In this document: piece by piece, positions 10,827 through 19,596 of the stretch
How positions within the stretch are numbered: the first letter of the stretch is position 1
Layout of the letters: each line of letters begins with the position of its first letter
DNA from: an uncultured Solirubrobacterales bacterium
GTDB lineage: Bacteria; Actinomycetota; Thermoleophilia; Solirubrobacterales; Solirubrobacteraceae
Length of the DNA: 64,000 nt
NCBI GenBank assembly: GCA_963808655.1
Contig: CAWEGZ010000013.1
Span: 2,433-66,432, forward strand
Direction: 5' to 3'
Translations under genes and position numbers: made by a program
Notes under the pieces: model-generated
What the model was told of the DNA's origin: nothing
Database searches by the model: none
The model's input: only the letters and a program-made list of their open reading frames with translations

Positions 10827-11297
10827 ATGACACGAAGAGCTGACTTCAACGCCGAGGAGTGGGCGACGGCTGTCGACGGCCCGATCTACGCCGCGCTACG
10901 CGTGATCGCTGCCTCCCACGGAGGCAGACTACGCGAGAGCCTCGCGTTGGGCCGCGCCTACCAGGAGGCGCGTGCGCGTCACGAAGAGAGCGAGTTGCTC
11001 GATGAGCTGCTCAAGTCCCCACCGGCAATCGATGCCAGCGAGATGCGCCACGCGCAGAGCGACATCGCGGAGATCGCCGCGCAGCAACTGCGCGACGCCA
11101 TCGGGATCGTCGAGGCTAAGGCGACGCCGGCGGAGACCAACTCCTACAAGACGTTCGTCATGACGGTCGCGCAGGCCGTCGCCAGCGCACACAAGGAGGG
11201 TGGGTTCCTCGGTGTCGGCGGTACGCAGATCACCGACGCCGAGAACCAGGCGCTGGACGAGCTTTCCCAAGCGTTGGGGGCGCCTCCTCGAGCCTGA
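10827..11297 (+). CDS. Conserved-looking hypothetical protein
   Basis: GAGGAAAGGA RBS and ATG 10827; C-terminal AHKEGGFLGVGGTQITDAE motif; good codon bias. Confidence 0.7.
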   Translation: MTRRADFNAEEWATAVDGPIYAALRVIAASHGGRLRESLALGRAYQEARARHEESELLDELLKSPPAIDASEMRHAQSDIAEIAAQQLRDAIGIVEAKATPAETNSYKTFVMTVAQAVASAHKEGGFLGVGGTQITDAENQALDELSQALGAPPRA

Positions 11298-11459
11298 ACG
11301 CAGGCGTCAGGTACCGATGCCGTCGCGTAACCGCTGGGTGCGCTCTTAGCGTTGAGCATCAAGCTGAAAGGGAGGATCTGAGAGACGACTGCTTTAAGGC
11401 GGGACTGTGGTTTTGTGCCCCGCACTCCTGGCGCCTGTAGGTAGGATGCGCCGTCGTCT

Positions 11460-12257
11460 GTGGAGGCAAATGGGTTGAGCGGTGTGGGTGTTGGGACTCG
11501 TCTTGAGGGTCGGGTTGTTCTGGTTACGGGTGGGGGGACGGGGATCGGGCGGGCGAGCGCGGAGGCGTGTGCTGCTGAGGGGGCGTTGGTCGCGGTGGCG
11601 GGCCGTCGTCTTGAGCCGTTGGAGGAGGCGGTGCTCGCGATCCGTGGTGGTGGTGGGCGGGCGGTGGCGATCACCGGTGATGTGGGTGTTGCTGAGGATG
11701 CTGCTCGGATGGTGCGCGAGACCTTGCGGGAGTTCACGCGGCTCGATGTGCTTGTCAATTGCGCTGGTCAGGAGCTTGTTGCCAGTGTTGTGGATACCTC
11801 GGAGGAGTGCTGGGACCGTGTTATCGATACCAATCTCAAGGGCGTGTTTCTCCTTTCTCGCGAGGCGCTTTCGCACATGGTCGAGCGCCAGCGCGGCGTG
11901 ATCATCAATGTGGCGTCGCAGCTCGCGTTCGTCGGGGCTCGCAACTTCGCTGCCTATACGGCTTCGAAGGGCGGGGTGATCAATCTCACTCGCAGCATGG
12001 CGCTCGATCACGCGAAGGACCGTATTCGCGTGAACGCTCTGTGCCCCGGTGCTGTTGACACTCCGTTGCTTCGCCGCCAGTTCGAGGACTCCCTCGGTCC
12101 ACAGGGCACCCTCGAGGACCTGGTAAGCCTTCACCCCGTGGGGCGCCTCGGCCGGCCCGAGGAGATCGCCTGCGCGACCGTCTTCTTGGCCTCAGACGAA
12201 TCGTCGTTCATGACCGGCTCGATGCTCGTCATGGACGGCGGATACATCGCCTGGTGA
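11460..12257 (+). CDS. SDR family NAD(P)-dependent oxidoreductase
   Basis: TGGGTGIG, NCAG, YTASK (YxxxK), NALCPG. Confidence 0.92.
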   Translation: MEANGLSGVGVGTRLEGRVVLVTGGGTGIGRASAEACAAEGALVAVAGRRLEPLEEAVLAIRGGGGRAVAITGDVGVAEDAARMVRETLREFTRLDVLVNCAGQELVASVVDTSEECWDRVIDTNLKGVFLLSREALSHMVERQRGVIINVASQLAFVGARNFAAYTASKGGVINLTRSMALDHAKDRIRVNALCPGAVDTPLLRRQFEDSLGPQGTLEDLVSLHPVGRLGRPEEIACATVFLASDESSFMTGSMLVMDGGYIAW

Positions 12258-12330
12258 AGCAAGGCGCTAGCGGGCCCCGCTTATCGGCAAATTGCAGGGC
12301 GCCCAGCAACGCGGAGCGCGGGCGCGCGGG

Positions 12331-12891
12331 TTACGGGAGGTGCCGACAGCAGGGGAGCACGTAGACCACCATCGTTCGATCCTTGCCGAAGCGGTCGGTG
12401 TGCACTCGAGTTGGGGTTCGCCGTTCGGCACCGAGGCGCTCCGCCACCCGCATAGATGCGACGTTTCCCACCTCGATATCAAGGACCAGCGACTTCAACC
12501 CAGCATTGGCTGCGATCCTGATCATCTCGACAATGGCGGCGATCGCCAGTCCGCGCCCTCTCGCATCGGGAACGAGCCAGAAGCTCAGTTCTCCGGCTGG
12601 CTGATCGCCCGATTGCACCGCTGCGCACCGGACTGCCTCCGAGGCGAACTGGGGCAAACGCACGGCGACCCTTCCGAGCGCGCGGTCGTCCCCAGGCAGA
12701 CAAATAGCCCGGGTCGGACCACGTTCCTCAGACATCTCCCGGCGGAGCCACGCTGGAAGGTCGTCAGCCATCCACCACCAAGGCCGAAGATGTTCGTCGT
12801 TGGTCATGGAGGCGACCTGGTCTATATCCGGCATCCGCCACCGCCGAAGTCTCACTTCTGGCACGTCCAGACAATTTACGAGTCCCGGCAA
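12331..12891 (-). CDS. GNAT family N-acetyltransferase (RimJ/RimL-like)
   Basis: FWLVPDARGRGLA and GNVASMRVAERLG motifs; start uncertain. Confidence 0.75.
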   Translation of the reverse strand: MPGLVNCLDVPEVRLRRWRMPDIDQVASMTNDEHLRPWWWMADDLPAWLRREMSEERGPTRAICLPGDDRALGRVAVRLPQFASEAVRCAAVQSGDQPAGELSFWLVPDARGRGLAIAAIVEMIRIAANAGLKSLVLDIEVGNVASMRVAERLGAERRTPTRVHTDRFGKDRTMVVYVLPCCRHLP

Positions 12892-13080
12892 AGTTCGGCT
12901 CCCACCGCGTTGCGACGGGCCTGGTCGGTGTCTCTGCTCATGCGGGAACCTTCACTTCGCCGGCGAGCAGACTTCGATCAACTTCCAGAGGTACATAGAA
13001 GGTGCCTGGAGAAGCGATTACCGCTGCTGCGAAGAAATAGCCACAAGGACTCGCGCTCGTCGGTGTAGAAGGGGCGGCCT

Positions 13081-13401
13081 CTACGCGGCCCGTCCGTCGT
13101 CGGGTTTGAGTGAAAGCCCCAGGCTGGAAACGGCGAACGAGACCAGATAGATCGGCCAGATCCTGGCTCCGCTGCAGCGGAAATTGACGGCGTCGCCGTC
13201 TGCGACGTCGAATCCATGGGCTGGACTCGTGTAGCGGCCGGCGCGAACTTGGAGCGTGTGGTGCCCCGGCGCGACCTGTGTCTCGAAGCTTCCATGGCGG
13301 TCGATCGACCCCACTGTCTTGTCGTCCAGCGTGATCTCGAACGGCGCGCGTCGAAGCTCCATGATGACGCTTTCGCGCTTCATGGTGAGCGTTGCTGACA
13401 T
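13081..13401 (-). CDS. Small hypothetical protein (beta-rich)
   Basis: AAAGGAG RBS and ATG 13401: MSATLTMKRESVIMELRRAPFEITLDDKTVGSI...PGHHTLQVRAG. Confidence 0.6.
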   Translation of the reverse strand: MSATLTMKRESVIMELRRAPFEITLDDKTVGSIDRHGSFETQVAPGHHTLQVRAGRYTSPAHGFDVADGDAVNFRCSGARIWPIYLVSFAVSSLGLSLKPDDGRAA

Positions 13402-13511
13402 TGTGGATCTCCTTTCTTCACGGAGATACGGCCCGCCATCCGAGTGAAGCAGTCCATGGCTTCGCGCGCCGGCTCTCAAAGCAGACCGCCGGCGCGTTCG
13501 CGTGGCGAGAC

Positions 13512-15173
13512 TCAGGCGAGCGCTGGATCCTGCATGCGACAGAAGCAAGAGGACGTGATCTCGACATCGGCCCCTGCCAGTGCCCGGTCGAGCTGCGGCT
13601 TGATCCGGCCGGCCTCCTCGTGGCGACCGAGCCGCTCTAGGCACTCGTGATAGCCGTGCAGGCTCCAGACGTTGCCGGGGTGCTGACAGGCGCGGGGAAG
13701 GGTGGTGTCGATTCCGAGATCCGCGGCATACACCGCGCGCGCGGCTTCGACTTCGCCCTGCTCGAGTAACAGTGCCCCATAGGCGTGACGGGTCGGTTGC
13801 ATCCATCCCCACGGCTCGTCGTAAGGGAGCGTGTCGTCGAGCTCTATGGCTCGGCGCAATTGCTTCCAGGACTCACCGAAGTCTGAGACCCGGTATGCGA
13901 TCTCGCCGTCGAGCATCGCGGCCGCGATCGCGAGGATGTCGAGCGCCTGGTTGTTGAACAAGTATCTCGTGGGCGGAACACGCTCCCGCGCGGCGGCAAA
14001 GCGGTCGCGCTCGCGCCTCGCCCCGGGGACCTGCCCGCTTGCCGCGAGCGCGACGCCTTTGGCGTAGTGCGTGAGCGCGGTCGTCACGGCGTAAAGATCA
14101 CGGTCGCCCGGCAGCGGCTCCCGGAGGATCGCATCCCACATCCCGAAGCGCACCAGGACGTGCAGGCGCATAGGAACGAAGCTTTCGAGCCAATCGGCCA
14201 TCGGCGGGGTCTCGACGCGGAGCAGGTCGTCGGGGATCGATGCGGCGAGGGCCTCGGCGGCCGCCAGCGCGGTCGCCCGCCGGCCGGCGAACATCGCGCC
14301 GTAGACGCAGAAATGGTGGTCGTGCGCTCGGTAGAGCGCGTAGAAGTTGAGGCGGCCAGCCTCCTCGACATACATCTCATCGGCGGCAATCGCGCGCTCG
14401 TTTTGGATGATGACCCGCTCGTAGTCGCCGACGAGCACATCGATGTGTGTCGGCATGTGCACGAGGTGGCCGGCGTCAGGGACGAGTTCACGGAGCGCGT
14501 CGCTCGCGGGCAGAGCCGCCTCAGGCTCGGGCGACATCTCGAGCAGATGGATGTAGAAATGCAGCAGTCCCGGATGCTCCATACCGCCCGGCCGGTCCAG
14601 AGCCCGCTCGAGGACGCTCCGGATCTCAGCGGTGTGTGCTCCGGCCGCCGGCTCGCCGGTGTCCAGGTCCCATAGCTGCCACGCCGTGACGTTCATCAGC
14701 GCGTCGGCGTAGAGCGCGGCGACGTCGAGATCCTCCGCATGGGCGGCATAGACGTCGCCCATGGCGGATGCATAGGCGGCCGTCCAGTCACCGAGGTCGT
14801 CGGCGGGCTCAGACGAGGGATAGCGCTCCGCCAACCCGGCGATGAGCGCGCGCTCTACCGCCGAGGCGCTCTCCGCGTGCGCTGTCGCTTGAGCCATCGC
14901 CGTGTGGGCGCGGGCCAGAGCGGTTCGGAGCTCATCGGCCTCGAAGGCTTCCCACTGCTTGTTGTAGTTCGGGCCCGCTGCGTATGCGACGCCCCAGTAG
15001 GCCAGCGCAAATCTCTCGTCGGCGGCGATCGCGCGCTCGAAGCACCGGATTGCCTCGCCGTGGTTGAAGCCGTAGCTCCAAACCAATCCTCGATCGAACC
15101 ACCGCGCGGCCTCCACGCACCCTGCCGTCGTGGCGCGGCTGTAGCGGCCGAGATCGAAGCGATACGGAGCCAC
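13512..15173 (-). CDS. Tetratricopeptide-repeat protein of a conserved uncharacterised family
   Basis: WFDRGLVWSYGFNHGEA, GPNYNK, HLVHMPTHID, YDEPWGWMQP and terminal SSCFCR motifs. Confidence 0.8.
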   Translation of the reverse strand: MAPYRFDLGRYSRATTAGCVEAARWFDRGLVWSYGFNHGEAIRCFERAIAADERFALAYWGVAYAAGPNYNKQWEAFEADELRTALARAHTAMAQATAHAESASAVERALIAGLAERYPSSEPADDLGDWTAAYASAMGDVYAAHAEDLDVAALYADALMNVTAWQLWDLDTGEPAAGAHTAEIRSVLERALDRPGGMEHPGLLHFYIHLLEMSPEPEAALPASDALRELVPDAGHLVHMPTHIDVLVGDYERVIIQNERAIAADEMYVEEAGRLNFYALYRAHDHHFCVYGAMFAGRRATALAAAEALAASIPDDLLRVETPPMADWLESFVPMRLHVLVRFGMWDAILREPLPGDRDLYAVTTALTHYAKGVALAASGQVPGARRERDRFAAARERVPPTRYLFNNQALDILAIAAAMLDGEIAYRVSDFGESWKQLRRAIELDDTLPYDEPWGWMQPTRHAYGALLLEQGEVEAARAVYAADLGIDTTLPRACQHPGNVWSLHGYHECLERLGRHEEAGRIKPQLDRALAGADVEITSSCFCRMQDPALA

Positions 15174-15296
15174 TGTCGACCGATTTTATGGTTCCCCGCG
15201 TGTTGAGAGGCAGCTCCGCCGGGTGCACGGCCTTTCTGAGGACGACGCGGTAGCGAGATTCATCGCGGGTCGGGAAGCCCGACATATGATGGGCTC

Positions 15297-15665
15297 ATGC
15301 CGAGCGAGGCCGTCGAGCGGGCTCTGACGCAGGACCGCACCATCGATATCACGGTCATCGGGCGCAGATCAGGGCAGCCATGCCGCCTCGAGATCTGGTT
15401 TCACAATCTCGATGGCCGGATCTACATAAGCGGGCTTCCTGGCCCGCGCGACTGGTACGCCAATCTCCTTGCTCACCCTGAGTTCACATTCCATCTCAAG
15501 GAGAGTGTGCAGGCCGACATACCCGCCCGCGCCCGTCCAATCACCGATCCAGGACAGCGCCGCTCCGTGCTGCTCACGCTCTTAGCCGGCCTCGGCCGAG
15601 AAGGAGAGTTGGAGGCCTGGGTCGAACGCAGCCCACTCGTCGAAGTCGAACTCGGCGCCGTCTAA
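15297..15665 (+). CDS. Nitroreductase-family deazaflavin (F420)-dependent oxidoreductase (DUF385-like)
   Basis: IGRRSGQPCRLEIWF...RDWYANLLAHP; TATGAT 6 nt upstream of ATG. Confidence 0.75.
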   Translation: MPSEAVERALTQDRTIDITVIGRRSGQPCRLEIWFHNLDGRIYISGLPGPRDWYANLLAHPEFTFHLKESVQADIPARARPITDPGQRRSVLLTLLAGLGREGELEAWVERSPLVEVELGAV

Positions 15666-15675
15666 GGCACGTTGC

Positions 15676-16494
15676 TCATGCCCGCGCTGCGGGGACGAGC
15701 CGCAGGTGGGCGGGCAGGAACGGGACCACCGCCCGCTTTAGGTACTCGGCGCCAAGGGCGACGACGGCCGAGCGTACCGGGACCGGCGGGAGCGGGGAAA
15801 ACCCATATTGCGAGCGGACCCGGTCGGGCAGGAGCGTGATCGTGATGAAGTTGACGGTCTCGAGCAGGGGCCGTACCCGCGCGGGCACCGGAGGCTCGAG
15901 CACGATCTGGCGAGCTCGGCGCCGCGCCCAATCGTTCACGTGAAGCTCGCCGCCGCTCAGCATCCGCTCGCGGTAGACGTCTAGATCCGCCACCGTTTCC
16001 GGCATCTGCTCATCGGTTAGCCCGAATAACCGACCTACCGTTTTGTATTCCTGCCAGTAGCGCTCCTCCTCGAGGCGGGACAGCGATCGCACGTAGCGGC
16101 GGTAGAAGAGAAGCGACGAGTCGACCAACGTGAACAGCACCCACATCAGGAGCTCCGGGTCGTCCGCCCGGTACGGCGTGCCGGCGGGATAAGGACCGGC
16201 CGCTGCAGCCAGGTGGCCACTGACGCGGCGGTGCATGGCGCGCACCGCCGCCGTCAAGCGGTCGGCCTCGGCGCGACCGCCGAACACGATCGCATCGAGC
16301 ACCCGCGCCGTGCGGGCGAGCCGCTCGTAAGGCTCATCCAGGGCGCCAGAATGGGCCAGCAACCCAGACACGGCGAGTGGATGGGCAGCCTGCATCAGCA
16401 AGGCCCGCGGGCCAGCAAGCCCGACGATCCGCTCGCCGTGGACCCGACGGACAAGCGAATCCGCGTGGAAGTAGCCCTCGGGCCGTGCGCTCAC
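15676..16494 (-). CDS. Oxygenase MpaB-family protein (DUF2236)
   Basis: RALLMQAAHP, AMHRRVSG, YRADDPELLMWV. Confidence 0.85.
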   Translation of the reverse strand: MSARPEGYFHADSLVRRVHGERIVGLAGPRALLMQAAHPLAVSGLLAHSGALDEPYERLARTARVLDAIVFGGRAEADRLTAAVRAMHRRVSGHLAAAAGPYPAGTPYRADDPELLMWVLFTLVDSSLLFYRRYVRSLSRLEEERYWQEYKTVGRLFGLTDEQMPETVADLDVYRERMLSGGELHVNDWARRRARQIVLEPPVPARVRPLLETVNFITITLLPDRVRSQYGFSPLPPVPVRSAVVALGAEYLKRAVVPFLPAHLRLVPAARA

Positions 16495-16507
16495 GTAGAC
16501 GATTGTC

Positions 16508-16533
16508 TACCCACACGCATGTGCAGAAAAACC
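16508..16533 (-). promoter_or_regulatory. SigB/SigF-type promoter GGTTT-N16-GGGTA for the MpaB-family gene
   Basis: Plus strand reads taccc (16508-16512) and aaac (16529-16532). Confidence 0.6.
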
Positions 16534-16675
16534 TGAACATAAGGTTTAGACTCTGGAGGCCCGCCGCCGCGCCTGAAGCGGCCGGGGGCGCCGGCAGGCT
16601 GATGTAGCATTTCTGCCCCGAGCAGTAGGAGGACATGGGGAGGCCCGAACCGACGGGTCCCGTCCGTGACGTCCC

Positions 16676-18190
16676 ATGGAGACCACTCAGACGGCGACCG
16701 AAGATGGGCGGCGCATGCCGCGGCAGCTGAGCGTCTGGGAGGCGATCGCGGTCTCGCTGGCGCTGATGGCCCCTTCCATGGCGGCCAACATCAATCCTCA
16801 GGCCTCGGCCACCACGGTCGGACGGGCGGTTCCGCTCGCCTTCGCACTCGCCGCGGTCGGCGTCCTGCTCGTCTCCTACACGTTCGTGCGCCTCTGTCAG
16901 CGGTTCAACCACTCGGGGTCGGTTTATGGTTTCGTCGGCGCGACGCTGGGCTCCCGGGCCGGCGTGGTGTCGGGTTGGGCCCTGGCGGGCACCTACATCT
17001 TCTTCGGAGTTGTCACCGCGATGGCGGGCGGGCGGTTCCTGGCCGCCCTGCTCAACACGATCGGGGTCTGGAGCAACCCACCGGTGTGGTCCGGCTTCCT
17101 GCTCGGAGCGATCGGCTTGGTGGTGGTCTGGTGGCTCGCCACCACCCCCGTGCGCGCGGGAACGCGGGTGGTGTTGTTCGTGGAGGCGGTCACCGTGCTG
17201 CTCATCCTCGCGGTCACCGCGACGATCGTCTACAAGCTCGCGACCCACACCGCCCCGGGCGGGCGCGGCCTGGACTGGTCGGTCTTCAGCATCCCGCACG
17301 GGACCGGAACCTCGACGATCTTCCTCGGCGTCGTCTTTGGGTTCCTCTCCTTCGCCGGCTTTGAGGCAGCATCGACATTGGGCGAGGAGGCGCGCGAGCC
17401 GCGTCGCGACATCCCGCGCGCGATCCTAGGCGTGGCGATCTTCGGCGGCTGCTTTTTCGTCATCGTCACGGCGGTCGAGGTCATGGGCTTCGGCACCGGG
17501 ACCAAGGGGGTGCAGGCGTTCATCAGCTCCGGCTCGCTGCTGGGGACGCTGGGGAAGAGCTACCTGGCTAGCTGGGTCGGAACCCTGATCACGGTGGGCG
17601 CGATGATCAGCGCTTTTAGCTGTGCGCTGGCCAGCGCAATCGGCTCCTCCCGACTGATGTATGCGCTGGGCCGAGACAGGGTGATCTTCCCCTGGCTCGA
17701 CCATATTTCTCCCTCGCGCCGTACCCCTACCCACGCGGCCGCTGGTGTCCTGCTGGCGATGTACTTCATCATCGCTCTCACCTGGTTCGCCCTCGGGGGC
17801 ACTCCCTTCGAGCTGTTCGCAGAGTCGGGCACGATCGGCACACTCATCCTGCTCGTCGTTTACATCCTGGCGGGGATCGGGATGATCAAGCTCGTGTTCT
17901 TCTCCGGCGACCGGAGCGTCGCCCGATGGCAGATAGTGATACCGCTCGCGGGGCTTGTGGTCCTCGGCTACACGATCTACCGCAACATCTATCCGCTGCC
18001 GACGGGCATCGCCTGGTGGGGTCCATCGGTTGCGCTGGCGTGGCTACTGGTTGGCCTGGTCGGGATCCTCTCGCGGCCCGCGATCGCCGCGCGTGCTGGG
18101 CGCCGGCTTGCGGCGTCCGAAGGCTTGCTCGCACCGCACGAGGATGCGGTGGAGCCTCCCGCCGAGGCGCAGCCAGTCGCGGGCGTCTGA
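16676..18190 (+). CDS. APC family amino acid/amine permease
   Basis: About 12 hydrophobic segments; SGSVYGFV and LSFAGFEAASTLGEEAREPRRDIPRAI. Confidence 0.9.
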   Translation: METTQTATEDGRRMPRQLSVWEAIAVSLALMAPSMAANINPQASATTVGRAVPLAFALAAVGVLLVSYTFVRLCQRFNHSGSVYGFVGATLGSRAGVVSGWALAGTYIFFGVVTAMAGGRFLAALLNTIGVWSNPPVWSGFLLGAIGLVVVWWLATTPVRAGTRVVLFVEAVTVLLILAVTATIVYKLATHTAPGGRGLDWSVFSIPHGTGTSTIFLGVVFGFLSFAGFEAASTLGEEAREPRRDIPRAILGVAIFGGCFFVIVTAVEVMGFGTGTKGVQAFISSGSLLGTLGKSYLASWVGTLITVGAMISAFSCALASAIGSSRLMYALGRDRVIFPWLDHISPSRRTPTHAAAGVLLAMYFIIALTWFALGGTPFELFAESGTIGTLILLVVYILAGIGMIKLVFFSGDRSVARWQIVIPLAGLVVLGYTIYRNIYPLPTGIAWWGPSVALAWLLVGLVGILSRPAIAARAGRRLAASEGLLAPHEDAVEPPAEAQPVAGV

Positions 18191-18251
18191 CGCATCAGCC
18201 TGATCAGTGCTTGGACGTTGAGGATCGCAGGCTGGCGGGCAGCGTCTGCGT

Positions 18252-18569
18252 ATGGAAGAGCAAGACACGATCGGCGAGCTCTACCAAGCCGAGTGGTGCC
18301 CGTTCTCGCACCGGGTTCGGCAGCGCCTGACGGAGCTCGGCCTTTCGTATGTAGTACGGCAAGTGCCCGCCGACCCAAACAACCGGGAAGAGATGCGGCG
18401 CAGAGTCGGAAGTGTTGAGATCCCAGTCCTCGTGCTCGGCGACGGTACGGTCGTCGACGGCGATGCTGAGGAAATCGTCGGCTATCTCGACGCCCACTTT
18501 CACGAGCGCGAGGACGTTGCGGAGCATCGCGCCAAGGCGGCCGACTCGGCCGGCGCCACGCGCATATAG
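18252..18569 (+). CDS. Glutaredoxin / GST N-terminal-like thioredoxin-fold protein
   Basis: WCPFS active-site motif and EIPVLV. Confidence 0.75.
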   Translation: MEEQDTIGELYQAEWCPFSHRVRQRLTELGLSYVVRQVPADPNNREEMRRRVGSVEIPVLVLGDGTVVDGDAEEIVGYLDAHFHEREDVAEHRAKAADSAGATRI

Positions 18570-18621
18570 ACGGTTTGCAGCGCGCTTGCGCCTCGGTGGT
18601 CGATCGCCGAGACTGTGCTCC

Positions 18622-19563
18622 GTGCGCGCGGCGGTCCTAGGCGAGTACGGAGGAACTCCTCGCTGCACGGAGTTCAGTGAACCCTCCGCGCCGGGAGACG
18701 GAGTTGTCATCGATGTCAGCGCCGCCGGCCTCCACCACCTTGACCTTCTCAAGGCGACCGGCACTTACTACACAGGGCCACCGCCGCTGCCGAGCGTCGT
18801 GGGCACGGACGGCGTCGGGCGCCTGCCCAGTGGACGCCGCGTGTATTTCGATCAAACTGTGGCGCCCTACGGTTCGATGTGCGAGCGCACGCTCGTGCCC
18901 TCCGACGCGCTGCTCGAGGTTCCAAGCGGTGTCAGCGACCTTGTCGCAGCGGCGCTCGGCAACACCGGCCTGGCTGCTTGGCTCGCGCTCGCCTGGCGCG
19001 CCGGTCTGCGGCGCGGCGAGACTGTGCTCGTCCTCGGCGCCACAGGCGCGGTCGGGACTATCGCGGTGCAGGCGGCAAAGCTCCTCGGCGCGGGGCGGGT
19101 CGTTGCGGCAGCGCTCGCCGACGAGCGTCTCGTGCGCCTGCGCGAGCTTGGCCCTGACGCGGTCGTGGAGATCGACCGGGTAGACGATTTGACGGATGCG
19201 CTCCACTCCGCCGCCGGCGGCGGGGTCGATGTCACAATTGATCTCCTCTGGGGTGAGCCAGGACTCGCGGCGATGAGCGCCGGTTCAAGGTTTGCCCGGC
19301 ACGTTCAGGTGGGCAGCGTCGCAGCGGGCAAGCTGGTCCTGCCCGCGCCGCTGCTGCGCTCGGCCTCCCTCGACGTACGCGGCTTCTCCGTGGCCCACCC
19401 GCCGATCGAGGTCAGGCGTGAGGGGTACTTGCGCGTGAGCGAGCATGCAGCGCGTGGCGACATCTCCGTCGACTTCGAACCGATCGCGCTGCAGGAAGTA
19501 GCCAGTGCCTGGGAGCGCCAGCGCCAGGCCGCTGGCGGCCCCAAGCTCGTCATCATTCCCTGA
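18622..19563 (+). CDS. MDR superfamily (quinone oxidoreductase-like) NAD(P)H oxidoreductase
   Basis: PSVVGTDGVG and VLVLGATGAVG; start GTG 18622 inferred. Confidence 0.85.
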   Translation: MRAAVLGEYGGTPRCTEFSEPSAPGDGVVIDVSAAGLHHLDLLKATGTYYTGPPPLPSVVGTDGVGRLPSGRRVYFDQTVAPYGSMCERTLVPSDALLEVPSGVSDLVAAALGNTGLAAWLALAWRAGLRRGETVLVLGATGAVGTIAVQAAKLLGAGRVVAAALADERLVRLRELGPDAVVEIDRVDDLTDALHSAAGGGVDVTIDLLWGEPGLAAMSAGSRFARHVQVGSVAAGKLVLPAPLLRSASLDVRGFSVAHPPIEVRREGYLRVSEHAARGDISVDFEPIALQEVASAWERQRQAAGGPKLVIIP

Positions 19564-19596
19564 TGTAGTCGTTCTGAGAGAGGAGCGCACCCCGAA

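Noticed and set aside
2120-13490. Canonical integron (intI plus attC) call
   Set aside because: No integrase is in the window and there are no GTTRRRY/RYYYAAC core sites. Kept only as a tentative hairpin-family finding.
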